Shown: positions 27,735 through 38,392, counted from the first letter of the stretch. The stretch is DNA of 64,000 nt from an uncultured bacterium (GCA_964404285.1 CAYOJK010000003.1:69511-133510); one strand, 5' to 3'. The notes: generated by a model not told the origin, from the letters alone. Translations and numbers: made by a program.

Positions 27735-28145
27735 ATGAAAACAAAACTCTTCTTTTTATCCTTCGTTCTGCTTGTAGTGTTACCAGTAGTTGGAGCAACT
27801 GACATTTCTAAAACAACATGGATTGATATTACAAAAGAGGTTGCGGCCAACCCAATAAATCAGGGCGGGTGGACAGTTGACAAAGCCGGTAAGGTCTTTC
27901 GTTCGGAAGACAGTGACTCGATTATGATCGAGCACTCTGAATACGGGAAATTTGTTGTAGACTTGAAAAATGGCACGGTCAACAAAGTTGAGAAAAATGA
28001 TCCTATTTTACAAAAAGGTTCCTCGTTACTTAATCGAGAAGGTGGCACAATGCTGGTTGTCAGGACTTCGGAATACAAATTTAGGCTTCGGTTCACTGAG
28101 AAGGTGGCCGGCATGAAGGCGATCGCAGGCATTACAGGAATGTAA
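27735..28145 (+). CDS. Small secreted hypothetical protein
   Basis: Internal ATG preceded by GGGAGG. Signal peptide MKTKLFFLSFVLLVVLPVVGA. The upstream extension of the ORF is not supported. Confidence 0.4.
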   Translation: MKTKLFFLSFVLLVVLPVVGATDISKTTWIDITKEVAANPINQGGWTVDKAGKVFRSEDSDSIMIEHSEYGKFVVDLKNGTVNKVEKNDPILQKGSSLLNREGGTMLVVRTSEYKFRLRFTEKVAGMKAIAGITGM

Positions 28146-28310
28146 TCCAATAGTGGTTTCTTGGTGTTAAAAAGGGATACTGTAAGCTTAGAAAAATTGC
28201 ATAAGAGTAATGCAGGAAAAGGGATTTGATTTTACAACCAATACCGTCTGGATTTAAAAAGGCTATTTGCTGCTGAAATTATAATGTTGGAAGAAAGAAT
28301 CAGGTCATAA

Positions 28311-30209
28311 TTGACGATGAAGACAGTAGTTGTCCGTTCCTATTTCAAACTGGTTGGCTTTCTTTTTTTGATAGGCTTATTAGCAATGTCAGCTTTTAGC
28401 CAAGATGAAGATAATGCTATTACCGGGATTCAAACCTTATGGTCTCAACAAGTCGATGTATTTACAAGAGGGTCTGCTCATCCAGAGTGTCAGGAGGCAA
28501 AGAGTCAAATACAAAAGTATTTCTTGGAAAATGCAACATCGCGTACTCCTGAAATCGCCGTAGCATATATTCTTTTGGGAACTCAAGCCCTTGAAAGGAA
28601 AAAATGGGAGGACGCTCAATGGGCCTTCTTGGCTGCTCTGGAGTTTGATCCTTTTAGTGTTCGCGCATCCCAATATGCATTAATAAATTCACGACATTTG
28701 GGTTTGACCAACATGGCATCGATGTTGGTCAATCATGTTCTGGTTGTAGTAAAAAGAGCATTTCAACCCGGTATTTATCACCTTATCTTTGGCAATGCTG
28801 CTGATGTTTTAAGGTCTGCATTTCTTTTAGCGGCGTTCGTGATCATTTTAGTAGTAATGATCAAGCATTTCAGCTTGGTCGTTCATCAATGCTCAGATGT
28901 TCTTCCATTCAATGTTGATCCCAGAATTATTGCCGCCGGTCTAATATTGCTTTTAACCTCAATTCTTGCTTCTCCGTTAGGATTGGTTGGTTTTACCTTG
29001 TTGATTTTACTGCTTTCCGGGCTATTTGCAGAAAAACAATATAGAACGGCTATTTGGATATCATGGCTACTGATAAGTACCTTGTTTCCTCTGACTTTAA
29101 TCTCTGCGCATGCCATGGTTACCGAGAATAATCGTTTGTTTTCGGTTATTCGTTATGCTACGACCGGAGGATATTCAGAGCCTGCAATAGCTGAATTGAA
29201 ATTGCTTTTAGAGGAAGCGCCCGACTCTGACGGAGACACTATCTCAAAAATCCATTATTTAATGGGCTCACTATATAAACGAGGGGGTTTTTATACGGAT
29301 GCCCAGCAGGAATTCGAATTATATAAGACGATGATGCCACGGGATTCAGCGGTCTATATTAACCTTGGGAATATTGACTTCGTCAATGATCGATATCAAG
29401 CAGCTATTGAGAATTACAGGCGAGCAGAAAATATTGAACCGCAAAACCCGATAATATTTTTTAATCTATCCAAAGCGAATTTGGCGCTATTCCGTTTTGA
29501 TGAGGCTAGAAATATGCAAAATCAGGCCTCTAGACTGAATCCTGATCTGACTAGTAAATTAAATCTTTTATATGGCTCAGATTTGATCCGTATGGTTGCA
29601 GATGCTGGTGTACCTAAGCATTGGCTGACCAGAGAGCTTAATACGGGTTGGTCGAAAGCGCTGCAATCGCTACCTGAATTTTGGCATGCTCCGTTAGTAG
29701 ATATCCCTTTGAAAAAGGCGGTTTTAGGATGGATTTTTTTAACGGTTTTGTTGGTTGTCCTGAACCGCTTGGCAGTAAAATATCGCTTTAGCCGGTTTTG
29801 CCTTAAATGTAGAAAACCAATGAAGCCCAATTTTGATGATGGCACTGAAAGAATCTGCCCGACTTGCCATAGAATTTATTTAAGAAAAACGACTATAGAC
29901 AAATCATTTACTCAGAAAAAGGAAGAAAAAAAAGACATGTCCTGGTATGACAGACTATTTAGTATAGCGCTGTCAATCATTATTCCGGGTGGAGGAAAAA
30001 TTTATTCTGGTTATATGTTTTTCGGAATTTTGGCGATCCTGTCTTGGTCAGTAGTAGTAGCTTACTTTTTGTCACCTTGTCGAACATTCGATTCTTTTCT
30101 AAGAATTCCGGTTATAGAGACTGAACCTGGTAACCTATTCGCATGGATAGTTTTGTGTGGCTTATACGTTTTATCCATTATTCAGGCTTTTAGGGAGAAA
30201 ACAGAGTGA
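28311..30209 (+). CDS. Multi-pass membrane protein with TPR repeats and a CxxC...CxxC zinc-ribbon
   Basis: Signal/TM start, then alternating TPR-like blocks and hydrophobic helices, with CLKCRKP...CPTCHRIY. The likely true start is ATG 28317. Confidence 0.5.
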   Translation: MTMKTVVVRSYFKLVGFLFLIGLLAMSAFSQDEDNAITGIQTLWSQQVDVFTRGSAHPECQEAKSQIQKYFLENATSRTPEIAVAYILLGTQALERKKWEDAQWAFLAALEFDPFSVRASQYALINSRHLGLTNMASMLVNHVLVVVKRAFQPGIYHLIFGNAADVLRSAFLLAAFVIILVVMIKHFSLVVHQCSDVLPFNVDPRIIAAGLILLLTSILASPLGLVGFTLLILLLSGLFAEKQYRTAIWISWLLISTLFPLTLISAHAMVTENNRLFSVIRYATTGGYSEPAIAELKLLLEEAPDSDGDTISKIHYLMGSLYKRGGFYTDAQQEFELYKTMMPRDSAVYINLGNIDFVNDRYQAAIENYRRAENIEPQNPIIFFNLSKANLALFRFDEARNMQNQASRLNPDLTSKLNLLYGSDLIRMVADAGVPKHWLTRELNTGWSKALQSLPEFWHAPLVDIPLKKAVLGWIFLTVLLVVLNRLAVKYRFSRFCLKCRKPMKPNFDDGTERICPTCHRIYLRKTTIDKSFTQKKEEKKDMSWYDRLFSIALSIIIPGGGKIYSGYMFFGILAILSWSVVVAYFLSPCRTFDSFLRIPVIETEPGNLFAWIVLCGLYVLSIIQAFREKTE

Positions 30210-31483
30210 ATCGACCATTTCCTTATGAAGGATTATTGGAGAATCTACCGCTTCATAAGATTCTAGCCGAAATAAGCTCACAACAGTTATCTGGAGTACT
30301 GACTGTTTCAGGAGAAAACGACACTGTTGAACTTCGTTTCAAAAAAGGGGCATGCATCTTTGCTGAATCACACTATCCAAGATCGGCAGTTCGGCTTGGT
30401 CAATTGCTTGTGAAGAAGGGATTTTGTGAACAGAATCACATTGACAGTCTGCTGAATGAACAGAATACAAAGATGGTACGGTTGGGTGCACTTGCAGTCG
30501 AACATGGTTATCTAAAAGATACGGATTTGATACGTGTTCTGGAAGATCAGATATTGTTGATAATTTTTCCTTGCCTGACTTGGGATAGGGGGCTATATTT
30601 TTTCAAGCAAGAATCCAATATTCCTTTTGATGACAAGCTTTCCAAACCTGTTAACTTAAATACCATTGTTAGATCAGGACCCAAAATCGAAAAAAACTGG
30701 AATTGGGTCAATGAACGCCTTCCCGATGATGATGTGATTCCTCAAAGAATACGAGGTATTGAGATCGTTTCTGAAGGAGTGAAAATAGACCATTCTATTG
30801 ACAACAAGAAAACCAAAATTTTAACGGGCGCTCAGGAAATCATATATGAGTTGGTAGACGGAATTCGTACAATACGGGAAATTTGTGATACTGCACATGT
30901 GTTCGAATGGTTTTCAAGAATTGCCTTGCTTGACCTTCAAGATGCAGACATCATCTCTATTGAAGAACCGTCCATAAAAAAAGCATTTAAATCAAAAGAT
31001 ACAAACGGTGAAGAGCATGGCTTTACAAGCCGCCTAAAATCAGGACTCCTTTTAACTGGAAAGTTAGTGATTCTATTGGCTTGTGTATACTCAGTTGGGC
31101 TTTTAATTGCCAATAAATCGATAAAACCAACTCATACAGTCGCTCCTGAAGATGTAAGAATAGCTTCTTTTAAAACTACAAATAGAGCTAAAGAAATTCA
31201 GTCTGCCCTAATTGTTTACCATTTATTCGAAGATTTTTTTCCGGATGATTTGACACAATTTGTTGCAGACCGTTGGATCGATTCGTCTTGTTTGAAAGAT
31301 GGCTGGTCTAATGAATTTGCATATAATAAAACAGATACCGGATATGAATTAGTGAGTTCGGGATCAGATGGAACATTGTTTTCAGAAGATGATATGAAGT
31401 TTTCCGGGCATGTTAGAGACTTTTTATTTGGTAGTTATTATCCATGCCGGATTAAAGCTGGTGGGATGATTGAAGAAGAATAA
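30206..31483 (+). CDS. DUF4388 (PATAN-like) N-terminal domain - TM helix - type II secretion pseudopilin (GspG)-like C-terminal domain
   Basis: The N-terminal 140 aa match the DUF4388 pattern (LSGVLTV...G.I.FAES...RLGQLLVKKG...RLGALAVEHG). Central hydrophobic helix LLLTGKLVILLACVYSVGLLIA. The C-terminus (EIQSALIVYHL..DGWSNEFAYNKTDTGYELVSSGSDG) resembles the GspG globular domain. Confidence 0.55.
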   Translation: MNRPFPYEGLLENLPLHKILAEISSQQLSGVLTVSGENDTVELRFKKGACIFAESHYPRSAVRLGQLLVKKGFCEQNHIDSLLNEQNTKMVRLGALAVEHGYLKDTDLIRVLEDQILLIIFPCLTWDRGLYFFKQESNIPFDDKLSKPVNLNTIVRSGPKIEKNWNWVNERLPDDDVIPQRIRGIEIVSEGVKIDHSIDNKKTKILTGAQEIIYELVDGIRTIREICDTAHVFEWFSRIALLDLQDADIISIEEPSIKKAFKSKDTNGEEHGFTSRLKSGLLLTGKLVILLACVYSVGLLIANKSIKPTHTVAPEDVRIASFKTTNRAKEIQSALIVYHLFEDFFPDDLTQFVADRWIDSSCLKDGWSNEFAYNKTDTGYELVSSGSDGTLFSEDDMKFSGHVRDFLFGSYYPCRIKAGGMIEEE

Positions 31484-31495
31484 GGAGATAAGGGG

Positions 31496-32506
31496 ATGAA
31501 GTATTTTTTAATTGTAGTGGTATTGATTGCAGCAGCTCTTGCTATTTGGGGATGCTCTGAAATTGGTCCTCAAGAAGCGGGCGTTCGCACTGTGATGATA
31601 GGGTTTGAAAACGGTTTTGGCGCATCAAATTGGTTGAAAAGAGGCACAAGTCCTAACGCTTTATCTCCAGGTCTGTATATCAATATTCCACATGTTGTGA
31701 ATATCGATAAATATCCTGTAAATGAACTTGGCTACGATATGTTCAAAGAGAATGAACAGGGAAGAAACGATATTTCTTTTAAAACAAAAGACGGGCAGAC
31801 GGCTTGGATCGATGTAACGGTAAGATATCGTCTTGAACCTGAAAAGATACCGGTTTTGCATAGAGAGTATGGGCGTTTATATCTTGAAAACGTGCTTTTA
31901 CCTACAGTTCGATCTTATCTGAGCAACGAACTAGGCCAGTATTCAGCTGAAGATATTTTCGATGGCCGGATTCGACGGAATATTTCTACTGAGGTTGTCA
32001 ATTTGATAAATGCGGGGGAAGAAGGACGAAGAGGGACTCAGGAAATAGGGTTGGAAGTGATAGATATACTATTGCGTCAATTTGAGTTTACTGCTGAATA
32101 TCAAGAAGCGGTTAATCAGAAAAAAATTGCGTCAGATCAATACCTTGCCGCTCTGGATTTGGCAAAAAAACGCGAAGCTGAAGCTGAAGGGGAAAAGCTT
32201 GCTGCGGTTCAGGAAGCTGAAGCCCATGCTGAACGAATTCGGCTCGAAGCGGATGCAGAATTATATGCTCGCCTGAAAGAAAGTGAAGGCATTTTGCAAG
32301 TTGGTAAAGCTCAAGCTGAAGCCCAAGCAGCTATGGTAGAGGCGCTGGGGGGAGGAGATATACTTGTTAAACTTGAATTTGCCAAAAGTTTAAGCCCGAA
32401 ACTTCAAATTTGGGGTGTCCCAACCGGCCAACAAAACTGTTCACTATTAGATTTATCCGGTATTTTTGGGCCCTTGCTCCCAGTGCCTGATAAACCCACA
32501 CCGTGA
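31496..32506 (+). CDS. SPFH/band-7 (prohibitin/HflC-like) lipoprotein
   Basis: Lipobox AIWGC|SE, an SPFH domain, and an Ala/Glu-rich coiled coil (AEAEGEKLAAVQEAEAHAERIRLEADAE). Confidence 0.75.
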   Translation: MKYFLIVVVLIAAALAIWGCSEIGPQEAGVRTVMIGFENGFGASNWLKRGTSPNALSPGLYINIPHVVNIDKYPVNELGYDMFKENEQGRNDISFKTKDGQTAWIDVTVRYRLEPEKIPVLHREYGRLYLENVLLPTVRSYLSNELGQYSAEDIFDGRIRRNISTEVVNLINAGEEGRRGTQEIGLEVIDILLRQFEFTAEYQEAVNQKKIASDQYLAALDLAKKREAEAEGEKLAAVQEAEAHAERIRLEADAELYARLKESEGILQVGKAQAEAQAAMVEALGGGDILVKLEFAKSLSPKLQIWGVPTGQQNCSLLDLSGIFGPLLPVPDKPTP

Positions 32507-32548
32507 CGCCTCGATCCAAACAAAGAAATTTAATATCCGGGCAAAACC

Positions 32549-32968
32549 ATGAAAGTAATGACATCAGAATTTTTTAAAAAAACAGAGGGTAATGGGCATA
32601 CATTAGATATTACATCGGACGTGAGCTTACATCTTGCCAATACCCAATTGAATTCAGGGATTGTAACGGTGTTTATTCCGGGTTCGACCGCAGCTGTAAC
32701 AACGATTGAATACGAATCAGGGGCAATAAGTGATTTTAAGGATGCATTTGAACGTGCTGTACCAAGAAATATCCCCTATAAACATGATCAGCGTTGGGGA
32801 GACGGCAACGGGTTTTCCCATGTCAGAGCAGCTTGGTTGGGACCTTCTATCACCGTGCCTTTTGTCAACGGCAAAATGTGTTTAGGGACATGGCAACAAG
32901 TCGTTCTTATAGATTTTGATCGACATCCTAGAGACCGAAAGATCGTTTTACAATTCATCGGGGAATGA
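32549..32968 (+). CDS. yjbQ: YjbQ/UPF0047 family protein (secondary thiamine-phosphate synthase family)
   Basis: 139 aa with characteristic motifs (TVFIPGSTAAVTTIEYESG...GDGNGFSHV...GTWQQVVLIDFD). Confidence 0.85.
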   Translation: MKVMTSEFFKKTEGNGHTLDITSDVSLHLANTQLNSGIVTVFIPGSTAAVTTIEYESGAISDFKDAFERAVPRNIPYKHDQRWGDGNGFSHVRAAWLGPSITVPFVNGKMCLGTWQQVVLIDFDRHPRDRKIVLQFIGE

Positions 32969-33363
32969 TCATGCATGATAAGCCTGATTTAACACCTAAA
33001 TACCGAATTTCAGCATTGGCTGACATGTTGAACATGCATCCTCAAACTATCAGAACCTACGAAAAATTTGGCTTTATAAAACCGGTAAGAACCAAGGGAA
33101 ATGCCAGGCTTTTTTCTGATTATGACGTATGGGTTATTACAACAATAAAGAATCTGACCCAGGATCTCGGAGTTAACTTGGCGGGTGTTGAAATAATTTT
33201 ACGTATGCGAAGCCAGATTGAAGACATGTTGAACGAAGCTACAAAAATCATGGAATTTACACAGAAATTGGCGCCTTATATCGATCAAGACAAACTTTCT
33301 TTGTTACATGAGATCCAAGAAGGATGTCGTTTTATGCTTGGCGACGATGAATCCATAAAATAG
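32965..33363 (+). CDS. MerR-family transcriptional regulator
   Basis: The N-terminal HTH YRISALADMLNMHPQTIRTYEKFGFIKPVRTKGNARLFS is MerR-type. 4-nt overlap with yjbQ. Confidence 0.65.
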   Translation: MIMHDKPDLTPKYRISALADMLNMHPQTIRTYEKFGFIKPVRTKGNARLFSDYDVWVITTIKNLTQDLGVNLAGVEIILRMRSQIEDMLNEATKIMEFTQKLAPYIDQDKLSLLHEIQEGCRFMLGDDESIK

Positions 33364-33385
33364 ATATAACGATGAGACTTGATGA

Positions 33386-34219
33386 ATGAACAGCAACAGA
33401 AGTGAGACACAGAGGTATTATCAAGAGATTAGGAAATATAAAGTTTTAACTCTTGAAGAAGAATTGGAATTAGCTAGACGTATTCAGGCAGATAATGACG
33501 AACAGGCCGTTCGGGAACTTGTTGAGGCAAACTTGCGATATGTTGTGAATATTGCTCGAAGATATGAAAGATCGGGAATCCCTTTGGCAGATTTGATCAG
33601 CGAGGGCAACCTCGGCTTACTCGCTGCCACTCATCGTTTTGAACCCGATAAGGGAGTGAAATTCATCACATATGCATCATGGTGGATTCGTCAGGCGATC
33701 AGCAGCGCGATAACAACAAAGGGCAGAATGATTCGGTTGCCCTCAAAACAAGAAATACAGATTTATAATTATCGAAAAACGAAAGATCATTTAACTCAGG
33801 AACTGGGTAGAGAGCCGTCAAAAGAAGAGATAGCTGAAAAATTAGATCTTGAAGTACAGGATATCGATGCGTTGATGCAGATGAAAATGAATTCAATTAG
33901 CCTGGATACGCCGAGTAATGATCAAGAAGACGGCAAGACTGGAATAGATATACCCGATACGGGACCGGATGTTGAAGATCTGGTTATTAAGGATGAAATT
34001 GCTGAAGATATCGAATTATTGTTATCCGGCTTATCTGATCGAGAAAAAGAGATTCTTCGAATGCGCTACGGGTTTAACGGTGAATTATTTACTTTGCAGC
34101 AGATTGGAGAAAAATTTAATCTCACACGTGAACGAGTTAGACAAATAGAGCGTCGAGCAATAGAAAAATTGAGAAACAAAGCAAAATTCAAACAATTAGA
34201 AGATTATTTATACGAATAG
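33386..34219 (+). CDS. RNA polymerase sigma-70 family factor lacking region 1.1 (short primary-like sigma)
   Basis: Regions 1.2, 2 (NLRYVVNIARRY...LISEGNLGLL..A..RF...G.KF.TYA.WWIRQAI), 3 and 4 (REKEILRMRYG...TLQQIGEKFNLTRERVRQIE) are present. 277 aa. Confidence 0.85.
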   Translation: MNSNRSETQRYYQEIRKYKVLTLEEELELARRIQADNDEQAVRELVEANLRYVVNIARRYERSGIPLADLISEGNLGLLAATHRFEPDKGVKFITYASWWIRQAISSAITTKGRMIRLPSKQEIQIYNYRKTKDHLTQELGREPSKEEIAEKLDLEVQDIDALMQMKMNSISLDTPSNDQEDGKTGIDIPDTGPDVEDLVIKDEIAEDIELLLSGLSDREKEILRMRYGFNGELFTLQQIGEKFNLTRERVRQIERRAIEKLRNKAKFKQLEDYLYE

Positions 34220-34239
34220 TTTTATTAGGAGGAAAGAAC

Positions 34240-35145
34240 ATGTCATCTGTTTTGATTGTCGGTTCGGTTGCATTAGATTCTGTTGAAACCCCTTATGGAA
34301 AAAAAAGTGATATGCTGGGAGGCTCAGCTACTTATTCCAGTCTGGCAGCCTCTCATTTTGCTTCAGTGCGTTTGGTGGCGGTGGTGGGAAATGATTTTCC
34401 GGCTGAGTGCCGTCAATTACTAGAGTCAAGAAAAATAAATCTAACCGGTCTGCAAGTAGTTGAAGGGAATACCTTTCGCTGGAGTGGTGAATATCATACC
34501 GGTAAAATGGGTGATGCCATCACGCTTGATACTCAGTTGAATGTGTTTCAAGACTTTAACCCGATGATTCCACCTGAATATCAAGATTCTGAATGGGTTT
34601 TTCTTGGAAATATTGATCCGGCTCTTCAACTTAATGTGTTGTCTCAAATTCCAAACCCTAAGCTGATTGCCTTGGATACGATGAACTTTTGGATTGAAAA
34701 TCCAGATAATCGCTTACCGGAAGTTCTTAAAAAAGTTGATCTGTTGATTATCAATGAAGGTGAACTAAAGTTGTTGACGGGTAAATCTGATTTGCGTAAA
34801 GGTGTGGAAATAGCTATGGGTCTAGGCCCCAAAATTCTAGTGGTCAAACTAGGGAAATATGGCGCCGTGCTATTTTATGATAACACGTGGTTTTTTGCTC
34901 CAGCGCACCCGCAATCCGATTGTATCGATCCGACGGGCGCTGGAGATTCTTTTGCGGGTGGCTTGATGGGTTCGTTGGCACGTGATGGTGAGGTAACCCC
35001 GGAAACATTGCGTAGAGCCATGGTGTTTGGATCTGTCGTGGCGTCGTTCAATATCAATGATTTTGGACCCTGGAAGCTTGCAAACCTGACCAGCGAACAA
35101 ATCATGGATCATTATGAAGATTTTAAAGATATTGTTGCCTTTTAA
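34240..35145 (+). CDS. PfkB-family carbohydrate/nucleoside kinase
   Basis: Ribokinase-like fold with the C-terminal DPTGAGDSFAGG motif. Confidence 0.8.
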   Translation: MSSVLIVGSVALDSVETPYGKKSDMLGGSATYSSLAASHFASVRLVAVVGNDFPAECRQLLESRKINLTGLQVVEGNTFRWSGEYHTGKMGDAITLDTQLNVFQDFNPMIPPEYQDSEWVFLGNIDPALQLNVLSQIPNPKLIALDTMNFWIENPDNRLPEVLKKVDLLIINEGELKLLTGKSDLRKGVEIAMGLGPKILVVKLGKYGAVLFYDNTWFFAPAHPQSDCIDPTGAGDSFAGGLMGSLARDGEVTPETLRRAMVFGSVVASFNINDFGPWKLANLTSEQIMDHYEDFKDIVAF

Positions 35146-37538
35146 TAATCTTGTAACGCGTGCTTTAAAACATCTGTAATTCGCGAAACAGGAATAAAAG
35201 TTATTTTATTTCGTACATACTCCGGTACATCTTCAAGATCTGTCATGTTTCGTTCAGGCAGAATAATTGTCTCAACATCAGATCGATAGGCTGCAAGACT
35301 CTTTTCTTTGATTCCACCAACCGGCAGAACATCACCACGCAAAGTGATTTCACCAGTCATAGCTACCTTGCGTTTAGGCATTTTGTTCGTCAATAACGAG
35401 ACCAACGCAGTCGCAATAGTTACTCCAGCAGACGGTCCATCTTTTGGAACAGCGCCTTCAGGAACATGGATATGAATATCGGTTTTTTCAAAAAAATCGG
35501 GTTCAATACCCAATTCCTCAGCCATCGATCTAATAAAAGACAGAGCCGCCTGCGCAGATTCTTTCATCACATCACCCAGTTGCCCTGTCAAAATTAATTG
35601 TTTTTTTCCCGCCATACGTGTGGCTTCGACAAATAAAACGTCACCGCCGTAAGGTGTATACGCTAATCCAATAGCGATTCCTGGTTGGTGTGAGCGCAGG
35701 TCGGTTTCTGAGAAAAATTTCGGCGGCCCTAAAAATGAATGAAGTTTAGATTTGGTTATTATGGTGACTGACTTTTTGCCTTCCACAACTTTGCGTGCTG
35801 TAGCCCGACAGATTTTCGAGATTTCTCGTTCAAGATTTCTGACCCCGGCTTCAAGCGTATACTCTCGGATGATACGTCTGACTGCTTCGGTCTGAAATCG
35901 GAGATGTTTACCTTTTAAACCATGCTCAAACAGTTGACGGGGTATCAAATGATTTTTCGCTATCTCGAGCTTTTCTTCGATGGTATAGCCAGCCAGTCGT
36001 AGCACCTCCATTCTATCACGCAGCGCTGGTGGGATTGTTTCAAGAATATTTGCCGTTGTTATGAACATGACTTTTGAAAGGTCAAAATTGACGTTCAAAT
36101 AGTGATCGGCAAATGAATTATTCTGCTCAGGGTCAAGTACCTCTAGAAGGGCAGAGGCTGGATCACCACGAAAATCCATGCCGATTTTATCCACTTCATC
36201 CAGCATAAAGACAGGATTGTTCGAGCCGGCTTTACGAATACCCTGAATTATCCTTCCAGGTAATGCTCCAATATAGGTGCGTCTATGACCACGAATTTCA
36301 GCTTCGTCTTTGACGCCTCCAACAGACATACGAAAAAATTTCCTGTTCATAGCTCTGGCAATACTTTTTCCAAGAGACGTTTTTCCGGTTCCTGGAGGGC
36401 CGACAAAACACAGGATCGGTCCTTTCATATCGGGTTTTAGATGTCTGACAGCAATATATTCGACAATACGCTGCTTGATTTTTTCAAGTCCGAAGTGGTC
36501 TTCATCTAGGATGGTCTGCACTTTAATTGTATCCAAAGAATCTTTAGTTTTTACATTCCATGGCAATTCTAAAATCCAGTCAAGATATGTTCTTGAGACG
36601 GTATATTCTGCGGCTGCCGGCGGCATTCGTTTAAGCCTGTCAAGTTCTTTTGTAGCGGCTTCATGTGCCTCCTCTGGAAGTTGTGCTTTGGTAATTTGTT
36701 CCGCTAAATCCTCAATTTCATGGGTTCTGTCATCTGTTTCACCAAGCTCCTTTTGAAGCGCTCGCATCTGTTGACGAATAAAATATTCTTTCTGCGATTT
36801 ATCCATCTCATCCTTGATCTGATTTTGAATTCGATTACCCAGTTCTTGGATTTCTATCTCACGGTTTAACAAAATATTCAGCTTTTTGAGCCTGGCTCCG
36901 ATATCAATGATCTCCAGTAATTCCTGACGTTCTTCAAGTGCAAGGTTTAAACTGGATGAAATAATATCCGCCAACTTACCAGGATCGGTGATGTTTTGAA
37001 CAATAGAATTCAGCTCCTTGGGAAGATTGGCAGACATTGTCACCAGTTTTTGAAATAGATCTTTAATATTTCTACTGATTGCATCTTGACGTCTTGTTTT
37101 CTTTACAGTGTCGAAAACTGGCGAAATTTTGGCGAGAAAATAAGGTTCTGAAATAAGGAATTCTTCGACACGTATTCTACAAATGGCTTCGATCATGATT
37201 CTAATCGCATCATCAGGCATTTTGATCATTTTTATAATCTGTGCTGCTACTCCAATAGAATAGATGTCTTCAAAATCAGGGTTTTCCTGTTCAGGATATT
37301 TTTGAGCGACAAGGCCTAGTATTCGATTACCTTCCAGTATTTCCTGTATCATCTGAACAGATTTTTCTCGCGCTACCAAAAGAGGAATCACCATTGTGGG
37401 ATAAATAACGGTTCCCCTAATTGGTAAAATGGGGAGCAATTCAGGTATCTTTTTTCCGTTGACTTCAAACAGAATTTCCTGATCGTTGTTTTCTGAAGTC
37501 TCTGTTGTCATTTTTGATTCTAAGTTTTGTTCTGTCAT
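35142..37538 (-). CDS. lon: ATP-dependent protease Lon (La)
   Basis: Lon N-domain, AAA+ module ([15 protein letters not shown]), and the Lon proteolytic Ser-Lys dyad region ([15 protein letters not shown]). 798 aa. Confidence 0.95.
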   Translation of the reverse strand: MTEQNLESKMTTETSENNDQEILFEVNGKKIPELLPILPIRGTVIYPTMVIPLLVAREKSVQMIQEILEGNRILGLVAQKYPEQENPDFEDIYSIGVAAQIIKMIKMPDDAIRIMIEAICRIRVEEFLISEPYFLAKISPVFDTVKKTRRQDAISRNIKDLFQKLVTMSANLPKELNSIVQNITDPGKLADIISSSLNLALEERQELLEIIDIGARLKKLNILLNREIEIQELGNRIQNQIKDEMDKSQKEYFIRQQMRALQKELGETDDRTHEIEDLAEQITKAQLPEEAHEAATKELDRLKRMPPAAAEYTVSRTYLDWILELPWNVKTKDSLDTIKVQTILDEDHFGLEKIKQRIVEYIAVRHLKPDMKGPILCFVGPPGTGKTSLGKSIARAMNRKFFRMSVGGVKDEAEIRGHRRTYIGALPGRIIQGIRKAGSNNPVFMLDEVDKIGMDFRGDPASALLEVLDPEQNNSFADHYLNVNFDLSKVMFITTANILETIPPALRDRMEVLRLAGYTIEEKLEIAKNHLIPRQLFEHGLKGKHLRFQTEAVRRIIREYTLEAGVRNLEREISKICRATARKVVEGKKSVTIITKSKLHSFLGPPKFFSETDLRSHQPGIAIGLAYTPYGGDVLFVEATRMAGKKQLILTGQLGDVMKESAQAALSFIRSMAEELGIEPDFFEKTDIHIHVPEGAVPKDGPSAGVTIATALVSLLTNKMPKRKVAMTGEITLRGDVLPVGGIKEKSLAAYRSDVETIILPERNMTDLEDVPEYVRNKITFIPVSRITDVLKHALQDY

Positions 37539-37659
37539 TTTCTACCTTGGTTAAACATACGTTGAATTAAAGGAATAACCTCCTGTGGGCTATCAAGCGC
37601 CGAACCATAAATTATAGGATATTTACTCAATTAGAGCAACTATTCGCACCAATCCAATC

Positions 37660-37688
37660 TTGTTATTATCTATCCTTTTTGATATTAT
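37660..37688 (+). promoter_or_regulatory. Sigma-70-like promoter candidate upstream of tmk (TTGTTA - 17 nt - TATTAT)
   Basis: Hexamers read directly from the sequence in the lon/tmk divergent intergenic region. The organism may instead use an FCB-type consensus, so this is tentative. Confidence 0.25.
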
Positions 37689-37729
37689 ACCTTTTCTGGA
37701 AAATGGACGGGAACTTGGCGGAATTGAGA

Positions 37730-38392
37730 ATGGAAGGGCACGTGAAAGGTTTATTTATTACATTTGAAGGTATAGAGGGATCGGGTAAGACAACCCAAAT
37801 TAAACTGTTGACTGAACGCTTAACGCAATCCGGGTATCAGGCGCTTATAACAAGAGAACCCGGAGATGGTGAAATCGGGAGCCGAATTCGGGAACTGCTT
37901 TTATCTGTATCCAGTTCATTGGATGCGTTGACTGAACTGTTTTTGTTAGCTGCCGATAGGACAAGACATGTAATCGAAGTGATCACGCCGGCATTGAAAA
38001 AAGGATGCATAGTGATATCCGATCGATACACAGATTCATCGGTTGCCTATCAAGGGTATGGTCGGGGGTTGCCGCTTGATTTCATCAATAAAGTGAATGA
38101 ATTAGCTGTCAACGGCATTTATCCGGATTTAACCATAGCGCTGGATATCGATCCGAATATCAGTCTTGAAAGGTCACGATCGAGATTGCGGCAGCAGAAC
38201 ATGTTTGAAGCCGAAGGAAGATTTGAGCAAGAAAACATGGGTTTTCATCAACGTGTACGTGAGGGCTATTTAAATATTGCTAAGATGCAACAACGACGAT
38301 TTGTTGTCTTTGACGCCGAATTGAGTATCCCCAAGCTGAGTGAACAAATCTCAAAAGAGGTATTCGACCGAATCCATAAATGGATGGTTTAA
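37730..38392 (+). CDS. tmk: Thymidylate kinase
   Basis: FITFEGIEGSGKTTQ P-loop, DRY motif (SDRYTDS) and lid region. The internal Met start is preferred, because the longer ORF begins inside a promoter-like sequence. Confidence 0.85.
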   Translation: MEGHVKGLFITFEGIEGSGKTTQIKLLTERLTQSGYQALITREPGDGEIGSRIRELLLSVSSSLDALTELFLLAADRTRHVIEVITPALKKGCIVISDRYTDSSVAYQGYGRGLPLDFINKVNELAVNGIYPDLTIALDIDPNISLERSRSRLRQQNMFEAEGRFEQENMGFHQRVREGYLNIAKMQQRRFVVFDAELSIPKLSEQISKEVFDRIHKWMV

